DNA of 64,000 bases from Haliotis rufescens (taxonomy: Eukaryota), in NCBI RefSeq assembly GCF_023055435.1, contig NW_025964001.1:14694001-14758000 (forward strand), written 5' to 3'. The notes beneath the pieces are model-generated. The model ran no database searches, was not told where the DNA came from, and worked only from the letters and a program-made list of their open reading frames with translations. Position numbers and translations under genes: made by a program. Shown one piece after another: positions 50,201 to 63,960 of this stretch. The first letter of the stretch is position 1; the number at the start of each line of letters is the position of its first letter.

Positions 50201-52890
50201 CCTACGGAAAATAAATAGGTTTCTTTGTTTGACTTTTTTCAATCTCATCGACATTTCGAAAAAACGAAAACGTTTCAATAGTAAGGATGTAGACCTGTAC
50301 AAAACCATCTCCCTCCACATCTAACAATTCCACAATATTTAGAAAACGAATATCGTTTGCATGCAAAAGAAAATCGGAGTTTAAAGTTCGGAGGTCTTTT
50401 AATGCTTACATCTTTGACCCTTCAGGACCAAAGCACAATGCATTATTTTAAAGAGCAACCAGCATGTCCAACGAACGATTTAGTTATCTTTTTGTAAAAC
50501 CCGAGGACAAATTATATTTGCCCCCCCCCCCCCCCCCCAACAAAAATTTAATATATTTTTCTTAGAATGGAGAACTTGTCGACCCCTTATAAGTGCAAAA
50601 CAGTCATCACATCGCTATAGTTAGTAAACAACGTAAAGGAAGTCACGTTATGAAGTATGAAAGATAACACCTTGTTTTGGATATGCAATGAACATATGGT
50701 ATTTAAAATACAGCGTTACCTCTTTAGGGGGGTGGCAGTAACTGTTATCAGAAACAAAATCATATTAACCCTTTTTCTGCTGGTACAGAAGTATGTATAG
50801 AAACATTCTTACTTCGTCCCACGTGCATTCGCAAGGACTCGTTATTGGTCAGTAAATTAAAATATATATACCCCCTGTATGTAAATATAGGGGGTATATA
50901 TTTTTATTTACTGACCAATAACGAGTTCCTGTGGGTGCATTCCAACTCAGAAATAGAGTGTAAATGGCGGATCACTAAACATTTGCTGTTTGAAATTGAT
51001 AATTACCTAAAGGAATTGAGAGAACAAGTCTGTTTAAGTGGTTTAAGAGGTAGAATAGGTCTTCAGCAACCCATGCTTACCGTAAAAGGCGACTATGCTT
51101 ATGTAAGAGGTGACTAACGGGATCGGTGGTCAGGCTCGCTGATTAGGTTGATGAATGTCATCGTATCCCATTTGCATGGATCAATGCTCATGACGTCAAT
51201 CACTGGATTGTCTGGTCCAGGCTCGATTATTTGCAGACCGCCGTCATATAGCTGGAATGTTGCCGATGACATGTTGCGTTATACAACAAACATAATTTTA
51301 TCAAGGTAACATAAAAAATATATCGGCTAATACTGTGGTTGACACTCGTGAACCATCAAGGTGACATGACTGCTGCACCCGTTACTGACCTCGATGACGA
51401 AGCATATATGACCTGCACTTTCCCACAGGATCGAACAAATGCGCAGATCTATATGCCAGTTAATAAGACTTACATCCTGGCTCATAAAGTGGATGCCATT
51501 TATTGAAACGAGAGGCATTATATCTTAAAAATGCTTGTCACTACGTACTATATATTCTAACTGCGTTATCATTGTTTGCATTAACCCTTTGGGCGAGGAT
51601 ATACTATAAGTGAGACACCACTGACTTACTACATATATTTACTTAAGTACAAGTCTCCTGTCGCTGGTACAATCTGTCATTGCTGTCTTGTCATGTTTTT
51701 CATTCCACAATCGATTATCCAGTGTTTTATGTCTCAAATTTATCATGATAAATATTCTCGACCCCGATTCGTTTTTAACCCGATTCGCATGTTACAACGC
51801 TAAAAAAATCGCCAAATCAAAGTTCATCCATGAGAGAGAGAGAAAGTCAGATAGAGACAGGGAATGTGGAGATGTGACGTCACGTGTGACGAAGTCATGG
51901 TGGCAGTTGGGTCCAGGGTATTATCACCACCGACTGGAGATACATTACACTCGATTATAGAAGATGCTTTCTACACACAGGTTCACACTATCGGACAGGA
52001 TGCCTCAAATATTCACAGTCTAAACTGGGCCTGGGTCCGCCCTTGGTGTGGTTAGGATAATGTGGAAATATATCATAAGGGGTTTTCAATGAAAACGTGT
52101 AATCAGAGACAGAAATAATATTTGCCAAAAAGACTGGCCCCAGTCTACGTAGAGTTCTGTATTGTGGGGTTGATTCAAACAGGACTTTCAGATAACGGTC
52201 GTTCTTCTCAAGGCATTTCCATCGCCGGTCAGGTACACAGATAGTATGTAACTGATAACGCTGTTTTCCCACTACATTCACTAACACAAGGCTTCATTCA
52301 GCAGGTAGACCCCGACGATGAAGACCTGGGGTGAGTGTGTTTCGTCCACCCCTAAGTATACCCTTCCTCTGTAATGTATTCACGTGCGAGCACTATATAC
52401 ACAGCAAGCTCAATATGAAGCCGCCTTGTATGTATTTTGTAATGCTGGTGTCTTTTTTCTAAACACACACTACGATAACCTGTCACGTGATAAATTCGAA
52501 TTTAACCCGCGGTAGCTAAAACTATAAAAGGACATAGGAATCGTCTACTGCAAACACAGCCTCTACGGAGGGATATGACTACTTTATTCAAATATTTTAT
52601 TTAAGTTGTCTTTTATTAATTAAATAACAGATATCTTTCGGATTGCAAATAAGTGCAGAAGAGTTTCAAATCCAATAAATAAACATTAAAAACAAACATT
52701 AAGCGGATTACTATTATGTTTGGATTAACCGTATTTTTTAATTAATATAAAACTATTCTCCAGGCTAACCTATATAGTTACATCAAAATCTATAATAAGA
52801 TCAATTATGTGACCACTTGTTTCTGTATTAACGACTCAGCAGACTGGGTGTGATGTTACATTAGCTTAACTTAGACCCCAGACCATAGAC

Positions 52891-53100
52891 NNNNNNNNNN
52901 NNNNNNNNNNNNNNNNNNNNNNNNNNNNNNNNNNNNNNNNNNNNNNNNNNNNNNNNNNNNNNNNNNNNNNNNNNNNNNNNNNNNNNNNNNNNNNNNNNNN
53001 NNNNNNNNNNNNNNNNNNNNNNNNNNNNNNNNNNNNNNNNNNNNNNNNNNNNNNNNNNNNNNNNNNNNNNNNNNNNNNNNNNNNNNNNNNNNNNNNNNNN
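52891..53100. other. Assembly gap (210 N)
   Basis: Run of n. Confidence 1.
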
Positions 53101-53435
53101 TCTCCAGGTGTGTTTATGTGTTTTATTTAAAACAAAGTAGATACAATTTCATTATTTAAATGAGAACATATATAGAAAAAGAGGGGCGTTTGAAAGTAAA
53201 GGGCATATAATACATTATTATAATCATAACTTCCTGTGCTAATAAAACCTAGTTTAAACAAGGAGTACAGTACACTCATCTAACTACCTGGTGTAAAGGC
53301 GCGTGTACATCCCAAGGCCAGTGCATACTATTGAAGCACAATGTATTGCATTTGAAATGGCTCTTAGAGTGGCCTTTGTTTTTCCTCGCAGTCAGAAATA
53401 CTACATCAATAACATGGCAGTTCTAGATAAATGTG

Positions 53436-55572
53436 TACGGACCAGACAAACCAGTTGTTGAAGCGTACGGACCAGATTAACCAGTTGTTGAAGCGTATGG
53501 ACCAGACAAACCAGTTGTTGAAGCGTATGGTCCAGATAAACCAGTTGTTGACGCGTATGGACCAGATAAACCAGTTGTTGAAGCATATGGACCAGATAAA
53601 CCAGTTGTTGAAGAGTATGGACCAGATAAACCAGTTGTTGAAGCATATGGACCAGATAAACCAGTTGTTGAAGCGTATGGTCCAGACAAACTAGTTGTTG
53701 ACGCGTATGGACCAGATAAACCAGTTGTTGAAGCATATGGACCAGATAAACTAGTTGTTGAAGCGTATGGTCCAGGTAAACCAGTTGTTAAAGCCTATGG
53801 ACCAGAAAAACTAGTGGTTGATGCGTATGGTCCAAAAAATACTGGTTGTTGATGCGTATGGTTCAGATAAACCAGTTGTTGAAGCGTATGTTCCAGATAA
53901 ACTAGTGGTTGATGCGTTTGGTTCAGATGAACTAGTGGTTGATGCGTATGGTTCAGATAAACTAGTGGCTGATGCGTACAGTCCAGGTAAACCAGTTGTT
54001 GGTGCCTATGGACCAGAAAAACTAGTGGTTGATGCGTATGGTCCAGAAAAAACTAGTGGTTGATGCGTATGGTTCAGATGAACTAGTGGGTGATGCGTAT
54101 GGTTCAGATGAACTAGTGGTTGATGCGTATGGTCCAGGTAAACCAGTTGTTGAAGAGTATGGACCAGATAAACCAGTTGTTGAAGAGTATGGACCAGATA
54201 AACCAGTTGTTGAAGCGTATGGTCCAGATAAACCAGTTGTTGAAGAGTATGGACCAGATAAACCAGTTGTTGAAGCATATGGACCAGATAAACCAGTTGT
54301 TGAAGCCTATGGACCAGAAAAACTAGTGGTTGATACGTATGGTCCAAAAAAAAACTGGTGGTTGATGCGTATGGTTCAGATAAACTAGTGGTTGATGCGT
54401 ATGGTTCAGATGAACTAGTGGTTGATGCGTATGGTTCAGATAAACTAGTGGTTGATGCGTATAGTCCAGGTAAACCAGTTGTTGGTGCCTATGGACCAGA
54501 AAAACTAGTGGTTGATGCGTATGGTCCAGAAAAAAACTAGTGGTTGATGCGTATGGTTCAGATAAACCAGTTGTTGAAGCGTATGGTCCAGATAAACCAG
54601 TTGTTGAAGAGTATGGACCAGATAAACCAGTTGTTGAAGCATATGGACCAGATAAACCAGTTGTTGAAGCCTATGGACCAGAAAAACTAGTGGTTGATAC
54701 GTATGGTCCAGATAAACCAGTTGTTGAAGAGTATGGATCTGATAAACCAGTTGTTGAAGCATATGGACCAGATAAACCAGTTGTTGAAGCCTATGGACCA
54801 GAAAAACTAGTGGTTGATACGTATGGTCCAAAAAAAAACTGGTGGTTGATGCGTATGGTTCAGATAAACTAGTGGTTGATGCGTATGGTTCAGATAAACT
54901 AGTGGTTGATGCGTATAGTCCAGGTAAACCAGTTGTTGGTGCCTATGGACCAGAAAAACTAGTGGTTGAAGCGTATGGTCCAGAAAAAACTAGTGGTTGA
55001 TGCGTATGGTTCAGATAAACCAGTTGTTGAAGCGTATGGTCCAGATAAACTAGTGGTTGATGCGTATGGTTCAGATGAACTAGTGGTTGATGCGTATGGT
55101 CCAGGTAAACCAGTTGTTGAAGCATATGAACCAGAAAAACTAGTAGTTGATGCGTATGGTTCAGATAAACTAGTGGTTGATGCGTATAGTTCAGATAAAC
55201 TAATGGTAGAATCGTATGGTTCAGATAAACTAGTGGTTGAAGCGTATGGTTCAGATAAACCAGTTGTTGAAGCGTATGGTTCAGATAAACTAGTGGCTGA
55301 AGCGTATGGTTCCGATAAACTAGTGGTTGATGCGTATGGTTCAGATAAACTAGTGGTTGAAGCGTATGGTTCAAATAAAACAGTTGTTGAAGCGTATGGT
55401 TCAGATAAACTAGTGGTTGATGCGTATGGTTCAAATAAACCAGTTGTTGAAGCGTATGGTTCAGATAAACTAGTGGCTGAAGCGTATGGTCCAGGTAAAC
55501 CAGTTGTTGAAGAGTATGGACCAGATAAACCAGTTGTTGAAGCGTATGGTTCAGATTAACCAGTTGTTGAAG
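53436..55572 (+). repeat. 30-bp tandem array, about 71 units; one frame reads (YGPDKPVVEA/YGSDKLVVDA)n
   Basis: Unit tatggaccagataaaccagttgttgaagcg with variants and higher-order blocks. Confidence 0.95.
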
Positions 55573-57327
55573 ACATATACAGTAATTGTTCGTCTCCCCC
55601 TGTCACAGAAACACACTGAGAGGTTTGAAAAAATACCCTGTCTCTAACACAAATCCCTGGCCACCTCCAACCCCAACGCGTCCAGGGTTGAATATTGTTT
55701 TGAACGGAATCCGCCCAACGGCCGCTGAGGTATAATAGCTCAATGGATGGTGTGTTCGTCCGTTGTCTACACAGTCCGAGTTCGATATCCACATAAAAAC
55801 ACACTTTGTGTATATAGGCCAAGGGTCCTTTGTATAAAATCTCAGGCACAAGTTGAGATTACATAAGCACGCAATAATTGATTTTACATGTTAGTGAAGT
55901 ATTATTGCTGAGATAACAAATGGATATACAATTATAGAATGTAAATAGAATAACTATAACACATGCATGTATGCCATTGATTTGATTTCTAAAAGGTTGG
56001 TTTAACTATGTGAAGTTTTATAAAAAATAACTATTTATTATTATTTATTTATAAATATAATGGATTACGTGCTGCGTGCAACATAACCCAGGAGTTCAGA
56101 CAGTTACTGGCTCGCTGTGTGGGTGATGCTGGAGACCACCTGCTGAATTTGAAGAAAGCGTGCTTTAATGAATGCATATTTTTAAAAGTAATTCCTCACG
56201 CCTCATGTCTTCTCGGAGCTTGTGTATAACATGTATATTTTTTTAAGTTGGTCTACATGTGCATATACATGTACTTCGAGTCCTCGAGTTATCTTCGATA
56301 TTTCTTTTCTGTTCTTGTGGCTATATCTAAAATACACAAACCTAATTTATTTAACAGAATATAGTTCTGTTGATAATTTTAATTACATCACCGACGTATC
56401 CAACACGTGCTTAGTTTCACCCAGCAGCTAAATTTGAATACCTCTTGAGGTCAAGTACCTTCTTCTGTTGGGATGTTGAAAGAAATTGTGATGAACAAAC
56501 CAAACGAACCAAAAGCCGCGAGGAGTTATCTCCCTTGTGTTACAATCCCTATCGACTATCTCGCGAGGTCTGCAGAACGAGGGCTACACAGGTCACAAGG
56601 TATCGCGTTGATAATCCAGATTGCTGTGAATCGTGATAGTCTCTGCGTCGTCAAAGCCCATACCTTGTGTTCAGCACGTATCATACACCTTGTCATGATA
56701 ATGCGACTGGTTCTAATGTTAATGTATCACTGTAACAATGTTGATCGATAACGTTGACATGGACTGATTGATAACGCCTGATTATCGAGTGGCATTGAAG
56801 CGTAATGTACAGCACGTATTATGATATTGGATCAAAGTTGGCCCGGATGTCATACGTCGGTTAACACGTGTCGTTTTAAAAAAATACAATTTATGACTGA
56901 GTAACGGAGGTATAATATACCATGAAAATGCCTCTATCGGATGCCTCCGTGCAGATGGGTTTCCCAGTGATTTGTCAACCGTCTAAAATGCGAATCGGGT
57001 GTCTGATGCAAAGGTTGGTTGGTTTGTTGTTTAACGCCCCACTCAGCAATATTCCAGCTATATGACGGCGGTCTGTAAATAATCGAGTCTGGACCAGACA
57101 ATCCAGTGATTGACATCATGAGCATCGATCCACGCAATTGGGATCGATGACATGCATCAACCAAGTGAGCGAGCCTGACCCCCCGATCCCGTTAGTCTCC
57201 TATTACGACAAGCATAGTCGCCTCTTACGGCAACGGAAGACAATGATGAGTATGCGTTGTAACACTACGACGTGGGCTGCTGCATGGTCATCGACTCCGT
57301 TAGTACATTTACGCGTATACGAGGGAG

Positions 57328-58000
57328 TAAGATAAGATAAGATAATATTTATTGCAGAAACGTTCCATTACGGGACAGATGCAATTTTAAAAGACAAGAC
57401 ATTATGATTCATATATACATATATACAGACATACATAATTTACATAACTGTAGACACATACAAAAACAAAACAATCAATATAACATATTTGATGATATTT
57501 TTATACATAAAATGTCAACGGTTGATTATGAAGGGGTATTTATTGTTTGAAATTATAGATATGGAAACAAATGCAGTTGATATTGACTGCTTCATTATTT
57601 GACAGGATGTAGTGAAATAATTTATCTTCATGACTGTGGGCATTTACATTTACATTTTGTCTGGATACTTTTTTAAAGAGTATATTTCTTTCTTGAGTGT
57701 GTTTAATACAGTGAAGTAAGTAGTGTTTTTCGTCATCAATGGTTGAACATGTAGAGCATAGCCTCTGATGTAGTGGGGTTGGTGGCTTTGTATGTTTTCC
57801 AAGTTCAATATTTAATTTATGGTTACTTAATCTTAGTTTAGAAAAGTGAACTCGATATTTTTTTACTTTATAGTGACTGAGATAGGGTTCTAATTTTATT
57901 TCATTGTTAACTATCCTATATGTCCTAAGTTTGTTTCCTGTGCCTCTTGTTGTATTCAGGTAGTTAAACTGATATGGTAGACAAATGCTAAGTCTCTGAA
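57328..58000 (-). mobile_element. 3' fragment of a CR1/L2-group LINE
   Basis: KLRTY…LRLSNHKLNIELG…RLCSTC…DEKHYLLHC C-terminal motif; (tatct)n tail. Confidence 0.8.
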
Positions 58001-58749
58001 AATATATAAATTTGATAGAAAAAAACACGTACATTTAAATTGAAAAGGAGCCCCGATGCGGTGGGAGAACCTGGGGATAATCTAGACTTGCATCATTTAG
58101 GTCTATATCATTACAGTAAGGGCTCGTTGGAAGGGAAAATATTATGGTTTGGGGACTGTACGACAGACTACTGATATGGTTATGTAGCCTATAGTGCTTA
58201 GACGTTCTCTCCTTGGGACTTATTAAACCCGAATGTCCATGACCTAAATAACAGTCTACGGAAAAATCTTCGTAATGTTATCACTGGACCAACTCTAGGT
58301 ACACCTTTATCGTCAACTTTATCATATCATTGTATAAGAAGTTTGTAACTATAACCAAGCGCTCTTGAATTTACCCGGGGGTGAGTCAACACAGATGAAC
58401 TTACATTACTTTAAGTAAATAATACGTTAGTCAATTAAATCAATCCTATTTAAGCAATAAGGCTCTACAAACAAGGTGATTTAAATACATTAAATGAAAT
58501 GATCACATTTACATATTGGGAAGAATTATTCACAAATTGTGAGAAAACTGATTATATTTGCGGCCATCTTTCCAAGGCAAGAGCATCCACTAGCCTATTA
58601 TCAAAGTCCACTTCCCAACTCTCCTAAGGTCGGAGACCAGGGCTCGAATTCTTAATACATGAATACAATGAAACCGATTTGATAATACTAAAACCGGCGT
58701 AAAACCATACTTACCAGCTCACTCATGCAATATTTCAGCTATTTGATGT

Positions 58750-59020
58750 TTTTTTGTTTCTTTGTTTGCTGTTTAACGCCGCACTCAGCAATATTCCAGC
58801 TATATGACGGCGGTCTGTAAATAATCAAGTCTGGACCAGACAATCCAGTGATTGACATCTTGAGCATCGATCCATGCAATTGGGATCGATGACATGCATC
58901 AACCAAGTGAGCGAGCCTGACCACCCGATCCCGTTAGTCGCCTATATCGACAAGCATAGTCGCCGTTTACGTCAAGCATGGGTTGTTGAAGACCTATTCT
59001 ACCCCGGATCTTCACGGGTA
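58750..59020 (-). mobile_element. SINE family 1 (further copies near 14660, 26950, 31447, 37405, 40430, 41113, 48233, 51048, 57012)
   Basis: Homology to family consensus. Confidence 0.85.
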
Positions 59021-59239
59021 CGATGGCGACCCGTAAATAATTGTATCTGGACAGGACAAACCAGTGATTGATATTGTGAGCAGTGTTCCACGGTGTTGGG
59101 TGTCCGATGACATACAATCAACCAAGTCACCTAGCCGGACCTCCCGATCCTTGTCTCATCTTACTACAAACATACATGCATTCCAATCCGGATTCCCCAT
59201 GGCGTCTAACATGAAAACTTGTGAAACCAATATACTTAA

Positions 59240-59404
59240 GGGGTCGGTGGGGTAGCATAGTGTTTTGGCGCTCGCTCGTCACGCCAAAGTCCCGGGTTCG
59301 ATTCCCCACATGGATACAATTTCAAGCCCATTTCTGGTGTCCCCGGTCGTGATATTGCTGAAATATTGTTAAACGTGAACTAAAACCATACTAACTCACT
59401 CACT
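59240..59404 (+). mobile_element. SINE family 2, intergenic, + orientation
   Basis: B box gggttcgattccc, (actc)n tail. Confidence 0.85.
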
Positions 59405-61548
59405 ACGCTTAAGTTACCCACCCCGGTAAATAGTGCGAATATCTTGGAAATAGCTATACTCTCACACTCACGAGTCAATGACAGTCACTACGTAGTATAT
59501 TAAAGTTCGAACCAACATACCACATACATGGTTACTTTGACACTATGTGGGAAAATCACAATATGTCATATTCGGTAGACAAAACTAACGGACGTGATAA
59601 GACTATTGGCGCCACTACGCCCTATATATAATTTGTGAAATCTCGCGTGATTAACAGGTGCGCGAAAAAACACTAAACATATTGTGGGTCGATAACAGTG
59701 AGCGTTTCGTACGACTGTCAAAGTCCCTATTTCTGTTATTATGACATATTAAAAGTGGTTGAGTGAGTTGGGTTTAACACCACTTTGAACAATATTCCAG
59801 TCATGTCACGGTGGGGCAGGTTGGTGTGGAAGGAAAGCACGCAGTGATACAGGTCTCAGACGTTTACCACTTTGGTGAAAGCCAGGTATGGTGCTAGCAA
59901 ACCTAGAAACATAATCGGGGCGAACCGGGATTCGAACCCACAATCATAGGTTCCTGGCGTGTTAATGGGACGCAACTCTGCACAGCGTCTTGCAGCGCCG
60001 TAGGCGAATGGGCCACCTGTGACCCCATTTATATTAAGAAACGGTATAGGAAACGAATGGTAATGTTACCTTATTGATTCACCAAAACATAATCTTTGTT
60101 AGTGCCTGCGGAATATCGGCAGTTAATCTAATCAAAACCAGTCCAGATGATAAACATAGACAGGTCTCTCTCGCTGTATTCCGCATAGTTGGAATCTTCC
60201 AACAACCACTTAACTTCAGTATAAAAGAAATTAACCCCCTATTAAAGGACCCACTTAATATAATAAACACATGCAAAAACAGTCCTTTCAAAAGTTGGAT
60301 AAACAATTCCCATTGAGATATATTTTTTTATGATGCCTAGAGATGTGTGTTAGTATGATGTGACGCAAAACATGCGTTATCAGTTTTCAATCTTACATGT
60401 GAAAAGATTGAACACGTCTGTGTAAGGGTGGGCAGACAGACAGACAGACAGATGCAATATGTGGTCTATGCCAAGTATGTTTTTACAGTTATATGTTTTA
60501 CTATTTATACACCTTTTTATGATATTAATTCATTTAACGATATCACAAATTCGATGTTATGATAAAAAATGTATATTATAAAGTACATTTATGGGTACCA
60601 CAAATTTTATTCTAAGATATTAATAAATGTATATACATGTATGTTATAATGCATTTTGTAACATCTTAAAATGTATTTTATAATATGAAAAAACTAGTTT
60701 GTGATGATCTAAATATATATCGAAATTGGGATATCATTTATCAATAAATTGAATTTGTGATATTAATTCCCCTTTTCAAGGTATAATTGCTCCCTTCATT
60801 GTGCTTATTGGTACTGTTGGGATCTGAAATCATCAGCAGAATGTCATGTTTAGCTCAATATTTAGCGCCTAGTATTTTTAATAATTAACCCACAAACAGA
60901 CAACAACAAAAAATCCACAAATTTATATGCATGGTGGACGTGACAATTACGTTGCCAATTAGATCTACTGTGGAAGAATTCTTTTTCATAACAACCTAAA
61001 TTTTATATCTGTAAATACATTTATACAGTGCGTTAATTTGTACTGGTGATTGTTTGGTTACAATGTGTCATCAGCTGACCATGTGTTGACGGCTTGGTCC
61101 GTTGCTCATGCTATCAATCACAGGTTTAAACTGTCCGATTGGTGACGCAACACAGTTAACATACATTCTCTCACTACATATCATTGGAAGATGCAAGGAC
61201 ATTGTATACATCAGCAGCAGAACGTCGAACGTATTCCAAAATATAATTTTGAAAATCCTAGGGAAAGGAATATTTATCCAACATTACGTTTGAGCCTTTA
61301 CGACAAATACCGATAAGGCCTCGCACGGGTAATCAAATTACGCATTTTCTTGGTTATACTTTGGCCTATATAAATAGTGAGTTAAATTCACATCCCTAAA
61401 CTACCCTTCTTCCAACAAATCATCATATATCATATTCGTTTGAGACTTCAACGTGTCATATAGCTAGTAAAACGCATTTTCTTAGTTCGTTGTGTTACCC
61501 CATTTCGAAAAAAATAATATATTTTCATATTTGTTACTCAATCACGAC

Positions 61549-61592
61549 CACGTATTGTTTCACTGCGGACTTAGTGACGGGAAGTGACGTCA
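61549..61592. promoter_or_regulatory. EGLN1 proximal promoter: HRE core and ETS-CRE composite
   Basis: CACGTA (TACGTG on -) at 61549-61554; GGAAGTGACGTCA ending at 61592. Confidence 0.5.
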
Positions 61593-61796
61593 TATTTACT
61601 TTTGTTATTTCTACGACAACCTTTTAGCTATGTTTAAGAAGTTATTTTGCAACTGTCAGCCTCGATTGTTTGCATTTGACCTATGTATTCTCTCACAAGT
61701 GGTCCTGCTTTCTTCAGGTAAATCAAGAGTCTGAACTTCAGCTGTATCGGGAATGATTTGGAATCCAACTTCGTGTGAATGTGTAGCTGAAACATC

Positions 61797-62711
61797 ATGT
61801 CCGACGATACCCACAAGTGTCTACGTGACGATAGGAATGTATGCCAACTGTGTGGTGCACTAGATAATTTATCGCTGTGTACAGGGTGTAGAAAGACTTG
61901 GTATTGTTGTAGAGAACACCAGAAGGCTGATTGGAGGGAACATAAAAGACGATGCGCAAGTAAAAGCAAAAAGAAAGAGTCCAAAAAAACAGTGCATGGG
62001 GAAATAGTCTGTCCCTCGGACCAGTCGACCAGTGGCAGCAGTATTACAATGCCGACTGACATAGCTGTTGGTGACCGGTCATCAGCCCAATGGGGCGAAT
62101 GCAAGAGTGCCGAAACACACGCACGCAGTGTAAACAAAACAGTCAAGGAAGTATACAGTCGTGACAACAAACCTGACGAGTTGTGTTGCGCAGAGGCAGA
62201 TGAAACCAGTCACGCATCAGTACCAGTTCCAGAAGAAGGGAGTTCAGAAGCCTATATATTGCAGACAGCAGCCAGCTCCCTTAGTCAACCTTCTGGTGCT
62301 TCAGCTGACAGTGGAGACACAATGAGAGAACACATCACCAACCCTCTAGATTCATCAGAGACTTATGTCACTGTTCTGAAGTCACGCTTTAAAGAATTAG
62401 CAGAATATGTGACAAATTGTCTCACCAAGTATGGTATTTGTGTGATTGACAAATTTCTTGGTGAATCAAAAGGCGTAGACATTCTCAATGAAGTGAAAGA
62501 GTTATACCGATCGGGTGTTTTCAAGAATGGACAAGTTGTTGACTCTGAAAGTACCAGTAATACCACAAGAATCAGAGGTGATATGATAACCTGGGTAGAT
62601 GGTGCTGAGGATGGATGTCAGGATATTTTGTTTTTGATATCCTGTATGGATGATATTATTCTACAGTGCTCTGGTAAACTGGAACACTATAGGATTAGTG
62701 AGAGAACGAAG
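61797..62711 (+). CDS. EGLN1: Egl nine homolog 1 / HIF prolyl hydroxylase PHD2, first coding exon (305 aa)
   Basis: N-terminal MYND finger CQLC...CTGC...YCCREHQKADWREHKRRC; catalytic start YGICVIDKFLG, GQVV, IRGDMITWVDG, ending RTK|gtaagt. Confidence 0.93.
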
Positions 62712-63539
62712 GTAAGTCATCATCATGAATTTATCATGTTCATGAAATTCAGTTGACATTAATGTTTGGACTAATTATGTTATGAGTTCATGTGTGACCC
62801 ATTTTCTAACATGTCAAAGCCGCCACGTGTTTGTACTTAAAGGGGGTTCCAGTAGAAGATGAGATACAATTGTACACTTTAGCATAAGCATGTTTAGTGT
62901 CACCTTTAAAGTTTATGTATGTCTTGATCATGCATGGCATACACAACTCATCATTCCTTGGTCTATCTGTGTATGCAAGACTGTAATGTATTGATCAGTG
63001 TTCAAATTTCAGCATGAAAGTTACTTGTCATAAACCCTGATGTTCAAATTTAAATATTTAAGTGGTCTCTAGACCCAAACACAATGTCAACAAACCTCAA
63101 GTCTGACAAGAACCACAAGCAGGACCGCTCTTTATTTAGAACACTGTCAACGTTCAACTTGCACATACTTTTCTCAAGTGATCTCTTTAAATTAAGGTCA
63201 TGTACTCAAACTGCTTTGAGCATGCTGAGTGTATGATTGAACACATGGGATAGTTTGGTACTTTATGATTCTCAAAATGTAGTGAATTTTGATTCTCTCT
63301 ACCAACATGACCAAATATCATTATGAACCAACAGTTAGGTCTATTAATTGTACAGATGCATATGACAAGGTGTTGACATGTTTTACAGTTACTGTAACTG
63401 GTCTTGCTCTTGTATCTAATTATTTATAATAATAAATGCTTTAGATTGACATTCAATATGTTCACAATGTTACACATCTGAGATTTGTTCAAATTCTACT
63501 TGTGCTAGGACATTGATCATAGTTGACACTATAAAAGAC

Positions 63540-63960
63540 TTTTTTCAGGTTTGGCATAGTGATTTATCTGAAAGCCCCAAAATTCGCTTATCATGCACAG
63601 TTTATGTGAGAACTATTTAAGTAGTATTACCATGATTACTGTAAATAAATTCAGAACCACATTGACTTGTTTTCAGCTTAGTTTTCACAATTTAGAAATT
63701 GAACGTGGACAACATTATAATATTCCTCGTGAATTTAGAAAATGTAAAGTTTGTAACTTAAACCATATTGAAAATGAATATCACTTTTTGTTAATTTGTC
63801 CAGCTTATCATGCTTATAGCCATCTTAGGCAAAGTTACATAGAATCTAAATTCTACATGTTTCCAAATATTCTGAAGTTTAATACACTAGTCATTGCAAG
63901 ACCCTATTATCATTATGAATACAGCAAAGTACTTGTTTTATGCCAATGCTGTAAGAACAC
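63540..63960 (+). mobile_element. Degenerate LINE C-terminal fragment in EGLN1 intron 1
   Basis: HNLEIERGQHYNIPREFRKCKVCNLNHIENEYHFLLICPAY. Confidence 0.75.

Noticed and set aside
51988-52287. 99-aa protein-like ORF near CRE/E-box motifs (51875-51890)
   Set aside because: No recognisable family, flanked by stops; needs a BLAST search.
53436-55572. CRISPR-like array (also the 21-, 37-, 77- and 144-bp arrays)
   Set aside because: Head-to-tail units without unique spacers, eukaryotic context, no cas genes.
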